This document shows positions 9,233 through 19,022 of a stretch of DNA of 64,000 bases, piece after piece. The DNA comes from Parcubacteria bacterium C7867-006 (GTDB lineage Bacteria; Patescibacteriota; Minisyncoccia; Phycocordibacterales; DATDWN01). Where the stretch lies: the NCBI GenBank assembly GCA_001189155.1, contig LFCP01000004.1, positions 133,618 to 197,617 on the forward strand, in the 5' to 3' direction. The translations under genes were made by a program, and so were the position numbers. Each line of letters opens with the position of its first letter. Within the stretch, counting starts at the first letter, position 1. Under the pieces are notes generated by a model, which had not been told where the DNA came from, made no database searches, and saw only the letters and a program-made list of their open reading frames with translations.

Positions 9233-9508
9233 ATGAATCAGCGGGCTATCAGAAAGCTTCCATTTCCACCGGCGAGTCACTTCACATTGGAAATGGTCAG
9301 GCAGATCAAGGCAATCCCTGATGAGGAAATCAGTTACTCCGAACAAGAGATTGTCTGGATGGAACTGGCAATTCAGAATCTTGAGTACATGATTGCCTGT
9401 GCGAAATCACTCGGCATCAAGACGACCGAGATGGATGAGCACAAGGCTCTGTACGAGGCAGTCATTACCAAGAACAATAACCTGACCGCCTCAGACCGCT
9501 CACGCTAA
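9233..9508 (+). CDS. Hypothetical protein (GC-rich cassette B)
   Basis: 91-aa ORF; AAAGGA RBS 4 nt upstream; raised GC. Confidence 0.4.
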   Translation: MNQRAIRKLPFPPASHFTLEMVRQIKAIPDEEISYSEQEIVWMELAIQNLEYMIACAKSLGIKTTEMDEHKALYEAVITKNNNLTASDRSR

Positions 9509-9555
9509 ATTTTGCGTGGGCGGTCAATTGTTTTATATTTTGCTATAATAACTCT

Positions 9556-9852
9556 ATGAAAAAACCATTTTTACATGCCTTAGCAGCGGCACTATACATA
9601 GTTGCTATAGTCCTCATCGCAGAGAGAGTTGGTAATGCATTAAAAAACCAACCTGACACCATAGTCATTCCAATGACCATGCTCAGTCTTTTTGTTCTAT
9701 CCGCAGCCATCATGGGATACATTTTTCTATCTGAACCACTACAGTTACTTATTGAAGGAAAGAAAAAGGAAGCCATCGCTTTCTTCTCAAAAACTGTTGG
9801 TTTCTTTGCGTGTTTTGTTTTAATTTACACAATAATTCTTTTCCTCGTCTAA
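9556..9852 (+). CDS. Small membrane protein
   Basis: 98 aa with three hydrophobic helices. Confidence 0.4.
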   Translation: MKKPFLHALAAALYIVAIVLIAERVGNALKNQPDTIVIPMTMLSLFVLSAAIMGYIFLSEPLQLLIEGKKKEAIAFFSKTVGFFACFVLIYTIILFLV

Positions 9853-9930
9853 ACTCAGTTTAATAACAATTTAATAAATCTTATCATTATTCGTCTTCTG
9901 CAGTATACAAATTAGCGATATAATATTTAT

Positions 9931-10212
9931 ATGAAAAATAAAAACATAGTTATTTCTCTATCAATAATATTTGCATTAGCATTAATAGGTTATTTCTTTT
10001 TTTACAACAAATCAGCACAAAATACAAAAAACCCAAACTCAACAGCAAAAATAAATATAGAAGCCGTTTGCCAAGGTGCACTAGCATATATGACATTCCC
10101 TGACTCAAAAAGTGCAGACATTTATGTAGAGGAGTGTATAGAAGGTAAACATCCAGAAGTAATAGAACGCTATAAAGCATCTTTGAATCTTGATGCTGGA
10201 GTAGCTATATAA
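9931..10212 (+). CDS. Small secreted/membrane-anchored protein
   Basis: 93 aa with an N-terminal hydrophobic segment. Confidence 0.4.
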   Translation: MKNKNIVISLSIIFALALIGYFFFYNKSAQNTKNPNSTAKINIEAVCQGALAYMTFPDSKSADIYVEECIEGKHPEVIERYKASLNLDAGVAI

Positions 10213-10248
10213 TTTAAATCTCATACAAGATTTTGGTATAATAACTAA

Positions 10249-10587
10249 ATGAAAATATTCACACATTTGCTAGTTTCTACACTAGCCATAATCATAGCAA
10301 CATACATTATTCCTGGAGCAACGATAACTCTCTCAAGTGCTATCGTGCTAGCGGCTGTTCTAGGAGCAATAAATGTTTTCATCAAACCAGTAGTAAAAAT
10401 CATCGCCCTACCGATCACAATACTAACGCTTGGATTCTTTTCTCTCGTTATAAATACTCTATTTATTATTCTAGCTTCAAAAATAGTTCCTGGTTTCTAT
10501 GTATCAGGTTTCTGGCCAGCCTTTTGGTTCTCAATTGCTCTATCACTCATAAACGCTTTTTTCAATCTATTCCAAGATAAAGATTAA
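10249..10587 (+). CDS. DUF360/YvlD-like 4-TM membrane protein (phage holin family IV-like)
   Basis: 112 aa with four TM segments and the YvlD pattern. Confidence 0.45.
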   Translation: MKIFTHLLVSTLAIIIATYIIPGATITLSSAIVLAAVLGAINVFIKPVVKIIALPITILTLGFFSLVINTLFIILASKIVPGFYVSGFWPAFWFSIALSLINAFFNLFQDKD

Positions 10588-10612
10588 AGGATCTCCAAAA
10601 AACTTGAAAAAC

Positions 10613-10641
10613 AAAAGCCCCTAACGGGGTTTTTGTTTTTT
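10613..10641 (+). terminator. Intrinsic terminator
   Basis: agcccctaacggggttttt hairpin plus a T run. Confidence 0.6.
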
Positions 10642-10655
10642 GATATACTAACTAA

Positions 10656-11348
10656 ATGACAGAAGAAAAAGTAATTCCTAAAACAAACTTGATTGGTGTA
10701 ATTCTCCAGATCGCTTCTGTATGGGTTCTATCTGACATTGGATACTATATTTTTCTTCCGGCACTTGGTTTTAATGGTGGGTACAATGTTCATCCAGTAC
10801 AAATAACAATCTACTACCTCATATGGACCATAATAGCCATATTTGCCTTCAAAGATATTTTAAAAGATAAAGTAGTTCTAGAAAAAAGACTAGGGACATA
10901 TATTCCACTTGTGGTTGGAAATATTTTTATAGTAATTTACGTATTTTATATACTTCCACTACTTCCAACTATAACATGGACTCCGCCATGGATGCCTCCA
11001 TCAGAGTTACTGAATGCAACAACTTGGTACTTTCTACCGAAATCAATAGAGATATTTCTACAACAAATCCTTCTTCTCGCTCTTGTGATTTCTTTTCTCG
11101 ATAACCAATACAAATTCAAAACAACAGCAATATGGTGCGCACTTCTGTTTGGTGGCAGTCACCTACTGCTAGTTTTTAGTGGAGGTTTTATGTATGCAAC
11201 AGTTTTCACAATAATAGCAGTTGTTGCATCTTTTATATTCACATATCTTTTGCTCGAAGTAAGAAATGGTTTTTTGTATTCATATTTTCTACACTGGATT
11301 TTCTATGCATTTGTCGTTGTTGTAACAAAACTAATTTTCAAAGTTTAA
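10656..11348 (+). CDS. Polytopic membrane protein (possibly CPBP/CAAX-protease-like)
   Basis: Six or more TM segments; FGGSHLL motif. Confidence 0.35.
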   Translation: MTEEKVIPKTNLIGVILQIASVWVLSDIGYYIFLPALGFNGGYNVHPVQITIYYLIWTIIAIFAFKDILKDKVVLEKRLGTYIPLVVGNIFIVIYVFYILPLLPTITWTPPWMPPSELLNATTWYFLPKSIEIFLQQILLLALVISFLDNQYKFKTTAIWCALLFGGSHLLLVFSGGFMYATVFTIIAVVASFIFTYLLLEVRNGFLYSYFLHWIFYAFVVVVTKLIFKV

Positions 11349-11350
11349 TT

Positions 11351-11385
11351 AAAACAAAACCCCCTTTCGGAGGTTTTGTTTTAAT
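11351..11385. terminator. Bidirectional hairpin terminator
   Basis: aaaacaaaaccccctttcggaggttttgtttt; it serves the converging plus-strand gene and the minus-strand small ORF. Confidence 0.5.
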
Positions 11386-11396
11386 TTAGTCTCGAA

Positions 11397-11489
11397 TTAC
11401 TTTTTTCCCACCTGACATCCACAAGAACATGTACCGTCTTCATTTGTATGAACGTGACCACAAGCTTCGCACTTCATTTCATCTGACAT
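11397..11489 (-). CDS. 30-aa Cys-rich peptide MSDEMKCEACGHVHTNEDGTCSCGCQVGKK (mini zinc-ribbon-like); not in the ORF track
   Basis: Two Cys knuckles (CxxCGH and CxCGC); ends at the shared terminator. Confidence 0.3.
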   Translation of the reverse strand: MSDEMKCEACGHVHTNEDGTCSCGCQVGKK

Positions 11490-11574
11490 GTATGTTTTTT
11501 GGTTATGTCTAATATATTCGACCCTTTATTATTTTACCATTTATAATCTCCAAACCTCAATGATTATTTTATAT

Positions 11575-11603
11575 TTGACATTATAGTTAAAATGTGATAT
11601 TAT
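11575..11603 (+). promoter_or_regulatory. Sigma70-like promoter TTGACA-17-TATTAT with extended TG
   Basis: Consensus -35 and -10 boxes read directly, 40 nt upstream of the GT2 start. Confidence 0.55.
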
Positions 11604-11642
11604 TGTACTAGAAGAACATTGAAACCTTTCACAGGAGAGACG

Positions 11643-12653
11643 ATGTCTACGACTGAAGGCCTAGAGGCCCCGCTCGTCACGATACTCGTCCCCTGCTATC
11701 AGTACGGACGGTATCTACGCAATTGTCTGGAAGGAATTTTCGCCCAGACAATCATCGACCAAATATCGGTTGAAATCATCGTCATCAACGATGCATCAAC
11801 CGACAACACTGACGCTGTTATGCGTGAGTTCACGGACCCGCGTATTCACTACATCCGCCACGACAGAAACCGTGGACTCTGCTACACACTGTCAGAAGGA
11901 CTCACCCTCGCAAGAGGTAAGTACTTTACTCGGATTGACGCGGACGACAGATGGAAACCTCACTTTCTGGAAGTAACACTTCCTGAGCTTGAGAGATACC
12001 CTGATGTTGCTCTCGTCTTCGGTGATGTTGCCCATGTTGATGAACAAGGAAACATCATCAACGAGGAAAGTACAATCGCTCGCTCACTTGAGGTTCACGG
12101 CGATCGTGATTTCAAGGGAGACAGATTTCTTTCACAAGTCGGCGAATGCACAATCGGCACCGCTGGTGTGATAGGAAGAACCGAAGCTTGGCGTAAGGGC
12201 CTACCTTTCCCCAAATGCTTTACTTGGGAGTCCCCGTCTGACTGGTGGCTGAACATCATGGCCATCAGAGATGCAGACGTGTACTACAAGAAGGGTATTC
12301 TTGGGGAATACCGCATGCACAGTGCGAGTATGACCCACCAACAAGGTAGTGTTGATGCGGTCGATATTGAACAGACCACCATCGGCGCTATCAATGAAGC
12401 GTTTAGCGGGGTAAATCTGAAAAGAGAACACCGCCTTGCGCGACGCATGATCTACGCCAACGCATGGACCACCCTCGGGAATATCAATTTCGAAAAAAAC
12501 CGAGGTAAAGATTCGAGGAGGTGCTACGCCAACGCAGTGCTCTGGCGACCGGACTATGTTTTAAGAAAGTCCATCGCTCGACACTTCCTGTCGAGTCTCC
12601 TGCCTCGGAAACTGTACGAGAAAATAAAGAAAGGGGTGAAGAAAATGTTCTGA
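11643..12653 (+). CDS. Family 2 glycosyltransferase (GC-rich cassette C)
   Basis: ILVPCYQ...IIVINDASTDNT...RIDADD GT2 motifs; AGGAGAG RBS 4 nt upstream; about 52% GC. Confidence 0.75.
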   Translation: MSTTEGLEAPLVTILVPCYQYGRYLRNCLEGIFAQTIIDQISVEIIVINDASTDNTDAVMREFTDPRIHYIRHDRNRGLCYTLSEGLTLARGKYFTRIDADDRWKPHFLEVTLPELERYPDVALVFGDVAHVDEQGNIINEESTIARSLEVHGDRDFKGDRFLSQVGECTIGTAGVIGRTEAWRKGLPFPKCFTWESPSDWWLNIMAIRDADVYYKKGILGEYRMHSASMTHQQGSVDAVDIEQTTIGAINEAFSGVNLKREHRLARRMIYANAWTTLGNINFEKNRGKDSRRCYANAVLWRPDYVLRKSIARHFLSSLLPRKLYEKIKKGVKKMF

Positions 12654-12687
12654 GCCGACCAACGCTAACGCGAAGGTCGGCTTTTAC
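12654..12687 (+). terminator. Intrinsic terminator (GCCGACC...GGTCGGC-TTTT)
   Basis: GC hairpin plus a T run directly after the GT2 stop. Confidence 0.6.
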
Positions 12688-12697
12688 TATATAGAAA

Positions 12698-13720
12698 TTA
12701 TTTATCGCCTATTATATTTACTAAAGCAAGTTCCAATGGAAGAGAAGGTATGTATGCACCGTTTGTTTTTTCATATGCGGTTAGAAGTTCAACCAAATCA
12801 GATGAAGTTAGATTCCCCTCGCCTTTTGCTAGAGAACCAACAAACTCAAATTCTTTTTCTGACAAATCATCTTTTATGATATTTCCAGCATTAAACCGAA
12901 CAAGTAGAACCGCTCGTGCAGTGTGGAGAATAAGTTTTAAGAAAACAGACATATCTATGTTTTGACTTACTGATTTTTTAACCGCATCTAGTCCTAAATT
13001 TAAATCTTTATTAACTATTGAAAAAACTACATCATGAACCATGTCGATAGCTGGAGCTCCTGTAACAAGACGAACTTCCTCCTCACTTATAGTTTTATTT
13101 TTAGAGTATGCTAAAACTTTTTGAAGTATTCCGAGTGTATCCCGAAAAGAACCGTCACCGAGCAAAGCAATAAGCTCTGCTGATGCATCATCCACTACTG
13201 AACCTTCTTGTTTTGCAATACTGGTTACAACTTTTTTCAAAACATCTTGAGATGGTTTTTTGAATGTGTATGTTTCGCAACGGGACAAAACTGTTTCTGG
13301 AATTTTGTGAGTTTCTGTTGTAGCTAGAATAAAAACAACATGAGATGGTGGCTCCTCCAAAGTTTTGAGAAGTGCGTTTGATGCTGATTTTGAAAGCATA
13401 TGAACCTCGTCCAAAATATAAACTTTATATTTTGATTCAAAAGGCAGTGTAAAAACAGAATCATTTAGATTTCTAATATCTTCTACACTAGTGTTTGATG
13501 CCGCATCTATTTCATAAATATCATTTTTACTTGTTCCTATAGCTGCAGCAAATATTCTTGCTACAGAAGTTTTTCCCGTTCCCCGTGTTCCAGAAAAAAG
13601 GTATGCGTGGGAAATTTCTCCAGATTTTGCTTCTGCTTCTAGAACTTTAACTATGTGGTCCTGACCAACAACTTCAGAAAACTTACTTGGGCGGTATTTT
13701 CTATATAGTGCTTCTGACAT
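12698..13720 (-). CDS. dnaX: DNA polymerase III subunit gamma/tau (short form)
   Basis: GTRGTGKTS Walker A and the clamp-loader box; 340 aa. Confidence 0.85.
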   Translation of the reverse strand: MSEALYRKYRPSKFSEVVGQDHIVKVLEAEAKSGEISHAYLFSGTRGTGKTSVARIFAAAIGTSKNDIYEIDAASNTSVEDIRNLNDSVFTLPFESKYKVYILDEVHMLSKSASNALLKTLEEPPSHVVFILATTETHKIPETVLSRCETYTFKKPSQDVLKKVVTSIAKQEGSVVDDASAELIALLGDGSFRDTLGILQKVLAYSKNKTISEEEVRLVTGAPAIDMVHDVVFSIVNKDLNLGLDAVKKSVSQNIDMSVFLKLILHTARAVLLVRFNAGNIIKDDLSEKEFEFVGSLAKGEGNLTSSDLVELLTAYEKTNGAYIPSLPLELALVNIIGDK

Positions 13721-13829
13721 AGTAAATAGTATATCTTATTGTGAGTTTGAGACAAAACATATAATTAAGTAATAATTGGAAAAGTGCCTCCTGGACAGAG
13801 GCACTTTTTCGTGCAGAACGAAGAACAAA

Positions 13830-14150
13830 TTACCCCTTTCGGTGGCCGTTGTCATGGCGATTGTTATCCAGACCCAGATCGATTCGCCTGGACCGAGGCA
13901 GTCGAGGGGCCTCGGTCTGAGGATGACCAAGTGGCTTGACCTTGCTGAGCTCTTGAAGCCCAGCAAAGATCAACTTCCTGACTTCATGACGGGAGGGTTC
14001 GTGCTCGAACATCTTCTTGAACTCCCTGAACAGGAATTCGGGAGTCTCACTGACCAACTTCTTCTGACAGTCCTCGCACACTCCATAATGGCCACTGGTG
14101 AACTTCGGGTCCTCATACAAATGATTACCCTCAACACACATCAAAACCAT
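13830..14150 (-). CDS. Hypothetical protein (GC-rich cassette D; Cys/His-containing)
   Basis: Start preferred at MVLMCVEGNH with GGGGG 5 nt upstream; contains a GHYGVCEDC motif. It overlaps a plus-frame ORF judged less likely. Confidence 0.35.
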   Translation of the reverse strand: MVLMCVEGNHLYEDPKFTSGHYGVCEDCQKKLVSETPEFLFREFKKMFEHEPSRHEVRKLIFAGLQELSKVKPLGHPQTEAPRLPRSRRIDLGLDNNRHDNGHRKG

Positions 14151-14761
14151 TGGAACCCCCTCTACACAATCCTTACTTGAGAATATCATATTCAAAAAAC
14201 ATGAGTCAATTTTTTTATATAAAAAAACGAGCCGAAGCTCGATGTAAAGACCCGACTCCACCAATTATGAATCTGGCCAGGATGCAAAATTGGTGGAGTG
14301 GAACGGACTTACCTATCCGTATTACCAAAAACTAGGATAGGTCGGTTACTGATACAGACGCTAGAGATCTCCGTGACTCGCTAGCATCATATCGAAGGTG
14401 AAGGTCCGCTATCCTTCAGGGTGGGAGGACCCTGGGGATTTTTGAGCGATCACCACACAAAAACCAGTGATGTTCTACAACAACGGAGATTGTCGTCACC
14501 ACCAGTTTTCCGCTCAACAAAATACATTATTAAATAATTATTGTCAAATAAAAAAACCGTCACATTGACGGCAAATTTCAATGGCATAGTGCCCCCGTCA
14601 ATAAGGTGACGAGCCATTATTGACGGGGGCAAGAGTAACAAAGCTACTCTCTTGTGCCTGATGTGGGTGATTTCTGGTGCCCTGACGGAGTTGAGGACTA
14701 ACACTATCAACACCACACCTTCGAGGAGACATAGTACGAGAAAATAATATTTTGTCAAATT

Positions 14762-15760
14762 TTATAAACCTTTTATATATTCCTCTATTATTTCCCCCAC
14801 TTCATTTGAATCCTTTGCCTCCATCAGTTTCATTCGAAGTTCCTTTGCCCCATCCCATCCATGAACGTAAGCTTTATAATGTTTTTTCATTATTGCAAAA
14901 CTTTTGTGTGAAAGAGTTTTTTCAAAAAGTTTAGTGTGTTCAACCATTACCCGAAGTCTATCTGGTATTGAAACATCCTCTCTGCTAGTTGTTTTACTAA
15001 ACAACCAAGGGTTTCCGAAAATAGCCCTGCCGAGCATAACACCATCACAGCCAGTCTCGAGAACTTTGGCTTCAGCATCTTTCAAATCAATGACATCCCC
15101 GTTTCCAAAAATTAGCGTCTCACTTTTATTACCGAGTGAGTCAACAAAACTATCACGTATTTCAACAGCTCTTTTTATATGCTCCCATCTTGCAGGAACC
15201 AAAGACATTTCTTTTCTTGTCCGAGCATGGATAGTAATAACAGCAGGATTTGTTTCTAATAGTGCTGGCAACCAATTCTCAAGTTCGTTTTTGTTATAAC
15301 CAATTCTGGTTTTTACACTTACAGGAATATTTTTACCATTCTTACTTGCGCCTCTTTTTGCGGCCAGAATTATTTCTTGTGCAAGTTTTAGGTTTTTTAT
15401 TAGTCCAGCTCCAGCCCCCTGCTTCTCTATGCTTTTATCTGGACAACCCATATTTATATCTATCCCATCAAAACCTAAATCAACTGCAAGTTCAGCAGCC
15501 TTTTCCATTATCTCTGGTTTGCTCGTAAAAAACTGTGCAACTATAGGTCTCTCTGCTTCTGTATATGACAGATCTTTTATTAAAGCATCATACCCACCAA
15601 GAAAAAGTCCGTCAGCAGAAACGAACTCAGTCCATGTAACATCAGGTTTTCCATATTTTGAAATAATACTTCGAAAAGCCGAGTCAGTTACATCCGCCAT
15701 AGGAGCAAGAACCATTATCCCCTTAGGTTTATTATTTTTTAATTCTTTCCAAAAATTCAT
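14762..15760 (-). CDS. dus: tRNA-dihydrouridine synthase
   Basis: VLAPMADVTD and IDINMGCP motifs. Confidence 0.85.
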   Translation of the reverse strand: MNFWKELKNNKPKGIMVLAPMADVTDSAFRSIISKYGKPDVTWTEFVSADGLFLGGYDALIKDLSYTEAERPIVAQFFTSKPEIMEKAAELAVDLGFDGIDINMGCPDKSIEKQGAGAGLIKNLKLAQEIILAAKRGASKNGKNIPVSVKTRIGYNKNELENWLPALLETNPAVITIHARTRKEMSLVPARWEHIKRAVEIRDSFVDSLGNKSETLIFGNGDVIDLKDAEAKVLETGCDGVMLGRAIFGNPWLFSKTTSREDVSIPDRLRVMVEHTKLFEKTLSHKSFAIMKKHYKAYVHGWDGAKELRMKLMEAKDSNEVGEIIEEYIKGL

Positions 15761-15761
15761 A

Positions 15762-16562
15762 CTATATATTTAAAAATAGACTAGCTAGTGTAACCGGCCC
15801 AACTCCACCAGGAACTGGTGTGACTAGAGAAGCTTTTTCAAAACAACCAGGGTCAATATCGCCAACTATCTTTCCAGCTTGTTCGCTAGTCCCAGCGTCT
15901 ATCAAAACCACTCCATTTTTTATCATATCTGGCTTAATCATATGAGGAGATCCTGCACCAGAAATAATAACATCTGCAGACATTATCAAACTTTTGCTTA
16001 AATTGGAATCTGTATTTTTATCTATAGTATTAAAATAGATACCTTTTAGTGTAAGCATATTTTGAACCGGTTCACCCACCAACCGACCATTACCAATAAC
16101 TAAAATATTTTTATTATTCAAATCCACATTATAAAAATCTAAAATCTCAGAAACAGCTTTTGCGACAGGTGGGGTCTTATTTAATCTCCCATTTTTATAT
16201 TCATTTTTTGCTTTTTCACTCAGGATATCTATATCTAACTCAACTGGAACCAGATTTAAAACATCTTGAACTGGGAAACTTGAAGGTAGAGGCAACTGTA
16301 TAACCACCCCGGCGATATCTTGTTCCACTATACTGCTAACGATCGAAGAAACTTCTTCAAAGGACAGATTTTCTCTATCTTTAAAAACTCGAGTTGGAAT
16401 ACCTAAAGACTCAGCAAATCTACATTTCATTTTTATAAACTGTTTACTAGCCAAATCATTTCCAAATATGATAAAACAAACCTCTTTTTTGGGTTTGTTT
16501 TTTAAATTATGGGCAATATCTTTCTTTAATTTATCCGAAACCAATTTCCCATCAGCTATCAT
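15762..16562 (-). CDS. folD: Bifunctional methylene-THF dehydrogenase/cyclohydrolase
   Basis: FolD pattern GAGSPHMI...PGGVGP. Confidence 0.85.
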   Translation of the reverse strand: MIADGKLVSDKLKKDIAHNLKNKPKKEVCFIIFGNDLASKQFIKMKCRFAESLGIPTRVFKDRENLSFEEVSSIVSSIVEQDIAGVVIQLPLPSSFPVQDVLNLVPVELDIDILSEKAKNEYKNGRLNKTPPVAKAVSEILDFYNVDLNNKNILVIGNGRLVGEPVQNMLTLKGIYFNTIDKNTDSNLSKSLIMSADVIISGAGSPHMIKPDMIKNGVVLIDAGTSEQAGKIVGDIDPGCFEKASLVTPVPGGVGPVTLASLFLNI

Positions 16563-17446
16563 ATTTTTTCTCCTTTTAGTTTATAAAACAATTTGTTTCC
16601 ATATCGTAGATCAATATACTCTATCGGTAAATCAGAATTTGTACTAGTTGATAAAGCTGGAGTTTTTAACAAAGACTCAAGATTTTTTGAAATTTCTGTT
16701 AGAGGCTTTTTTGTATCAAAGAAAATTTTACCGCCCCCAGAAACCACCAGAGAAAAATCCCCCTCATCTTCAGCAATTAAATAGAGAGGTCTAATAGACA
16801 TCGCTTTGATATCAGAAATAAAATGTACTATTTCTTGAAACTTTGTTGATGATGAAATGTAATAGTTTCCTATAGGAGTAGATGTTGAAACCAAACCATA
16901 GAATTTAAAATACGCATCTCCAGAAAAATATGGGGCTTCAGAAAAAATGGTACTATTCTGATCTATAAAAAAACACTTTTGATATTCTGAATCTTTCTCA
17001 ACTGGAGTTGTTGTTGAAATCTCAACCTGGCCTGGTAATTTATCACACCAAATAGCAAAAGGTTTTCTCTCCTCTACCGTTACAACCATAGTCCTCAACC
17101 CGTCTAAACCAATACTAATAGTGTCTATTCTTTTAAAATTTTCTTTCAAATAAACAGAAAGTTGTTTTTTGGGATACCAAAAACTGCTATTTTTTGGAAA
17201 AAGCCAAAAATAAGAATCTTTCATATAAGAAAAAGACTTATCTGAAATGTCTGACTCAGTTACCAACACTCCTCCTTTCAATACAACTTTTGAAATCCGA
17301 ACTTCTGGTCTGTGTGAAATATATGAAGACAGACCTATAATAAAAATAATTAAAAAAGAAATTATAGAATACTTTATTATTCTTTTTTTTCTTTTTCTTC
17401 TGAGAAACTCCTCATGCGAAGGTAGTGTTGAATTATTGATTGGCAT
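16559..17446 (-). CDS. ftsQ: Cell division protein FtsQ/DivIB-like (POTRA)
   Basis: N-terminal TM anchor plus POTRA-like region; 4-nt overlap with folD. Confidence 0.55.
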   Translation of the reverse strand: MPINNSTLPSHEEFLRRKRKKRIIKYSIISFLIIFIIGLSSYISHRPEVRISKVVLKGGVLVTESDISDKSFSYMKDSYFWLFPKNSSFWYPKKQLSVYLKENFKRIDTISIGLDGLRTMVVTVEERKPFAIWCDKLPGQVEISTTTPVEKDSEYQKCFFIDQNSTIFSEAPYFSGDAYFKFYGLVSTSTPIGNYYISSSTKFQEIVHFISDIKAMSIRPLYLIAEDEGDFSLVVSGGGKIFFDTKKPLTEISKNLESLLKTPALSTSTNSDLPIEYIDLRYGNKLFYKLKGEKI

Positions 17447-17470
17447 AGATTTTTCAATTTTTATTTTTTA

Positions 17471-17503
17471 GAGCACGCATAATCGCAAGCTTGCGATTTG
17501 CTC
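17471..17503. repeat. Hairpin containing a perfect 18-bp palindrome AATCGCAAGCTTGCGATT
   Basis: Read directly; it lies in a 200-bp intergenic segment with raised GC between serS and ftsQ. Confidence 0.6.
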
Positions 17504-17655
17504 TCACTCAACGATCAAGAAAACGATTCTCTCATTCCAGAGCCCTCTCGCAAACTCGGGCTCCGCCCTCAAACAGTGCTCCGGGCTTCTTCTCATTCGT
17601 TGTCGTTTTCTAATCGTTTCCGTAGTCTCCAAAAAACAAAAATCTCAAATAGACG

Positions 17656-18939
17656 TTACTTTTTGGAGATTACGGTCTGGCCACCCATGTATGGTCTCAG
17701 AACTTCTGGAATAGTAATTGAGCCATCTGCGTTTTGATAATTTTCAACAATCATAATAAGAGGTCTACCAGAAAGAGCAGTATTGTTTAGTGAGTGAACA
17801 AATTTCATTTTTCCATCATCATCTCTGTATCGGATGTTGAGCCGTCGTGTTTGAAAATCATGAAAATATGAAGCTGAACCTGTCTCTCTGTATGTATTCT
17901 CTGATGGAAGCCAAACTTCAATATCATATTTTTTAACCTGACCTAAACCTAAATCTCCTCCGCAGTTTGCTACAACGTGATAGTGAAGACCGAGAGCCTC
18001 TGTTATCTCCTCACTATTTCTCTGTATTTCTTCGTGATATTTTACAGACTCCTCATGACTTGCTTCACACAAAACAACTTGTTCATATTTATAGAACTCA
18101 TGAACTCGCAAAATTCCTCGCGTATCTTTCCCATGACTTCCTGCTTCTCTTCTAAATGCTGGAGAAAATGAAAGCATCTTTAACGGTAAATCTTTTTTTT
18201 CTAAAACTTCATCCATATAGTAACCCATAGTAGCAACCTCTGCTGTTCCAGCGAGATAATCTCCGTCTTGAGTCTTATACAAATCCTCTTCACCTTGTGG
18301 AAGATATCCAGTTCCCATAAAAACTTCTCGTTTGAGTAACGAAGGAACAATCATAGGTGTCCAGTTATTTCCATCTGCTCCTTTTTTATAAAAATATTCC
18401 TGTGTAAAGTTCCACAGTGCATTCATTAAACGAACCCCGTCACCTTTCAAAAAATATCCTCTGAAACCAGCGACTTTTGTTCCCCTCTCTAAATCAAGCA
18501 TCCCGAGGTTTGTCATAAGCTCAATATGATCCTTTGGCTCAAAATCAAACTTTGGCTTTTCACCCCAAACTTTAACTTCTCTGTTGTCTTTGTCATCAAC
18601 CCCTTCTGGTACTGAAACATCTGGAATATTTGGTACAGCAACCATCAAAACCTGCCAATCATGCATAACAGTTTTTAGCTCCTCTTCTTCTTTCTGAAGA
18701 GATTCTTTCAAAACTTTCATTTCAGCTATCATCTGAGACTTCTGTGCTGGATCAGATATAGAAACAATTTTCTGACTGACTTCGTTTTGCTCTGAACGTT
18801 TCTGATCTATAGACAAAATAAGTTCTTTTCTCTTATCGTCTATTTTTATGAGAGCTTCTACATCAAAATCTATATGCTTTTTCTTTGCACCCATAGCCAC
18901 AAGATCCTTGTTTTCTCGTATGAATTTGATATCTAACAT
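17656..18939 (-). CDS. serS: Seryl-tRNA synthetase
   Basis: Class II aaRS motifs and an N-terminal coiled coil. Confidence 0.9.
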   Translation of the reverse strand: MLDIKFIRENKDLVAMGAKKKHIDFDVEALIKIDDKRKELILSIDQKRSEQNEVSQKIVSISDPAQKSQMIAEMKVLKESLQKEEEELKTVMHDWQVLMVAVPNIPDVSVPEGVDDKDNREVKVWGEKPKFDFEPKDHIELMTNLGMLDLERGTKVAGFRGYFLKGDGVRLMNALWNFTQEYFYKKGADGNNWTPMIVPSLLKREVFMGTGYLPQGEEDLYKTQDGDYLAGTAEVATMGYYMDEVLEKKDLPLKMLSFSPAFRREAGSHGKDTRGILRVHEFYKYEQVVLCEASHEESVKYHEEIQRNSEEITEALGLHYHVVANCGGDLGLGQVKKYDIEVWLPSENTYRETGSASYFHDFQTRRLNIRYRDDDGKMKFVHSLNNTALSGRPLIMIVENYQNADGSITIPEVLRPYMGGQTVISKK

Positions 18940-19022
18940 ATTTCAGATTGTAACAGAATTTTTTATATATGAGAATAGCCGGTCGCCCGGCTATTTTAAT
19001 CATCTCACCCCCCTTTGCTCGT

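Noticed and set aside
13776-14180. Plus-strand 134-aa ORF in the GC-rich segment upstream of dnaX
   Set aside because: It overlaps the minus-strand ORF (13830-14150), which has a GGGGG RBS, a Cys/His motif and a downstream hairpin terminator. The plus-frame product is a low-complexity L/P/T-rich sequence more typical of an antisense frame in GC-rich DNA. The minus strand was chosen with low confidence.
14450-14758. 102-aa minus-strand ORF in the dnaX upstream spacer
   Set aside because: It runs through strong hairpins and AT-rich low-complexity sequence and has no RBS or promoter context. It is more likely non-coding structured DNA or RNA.
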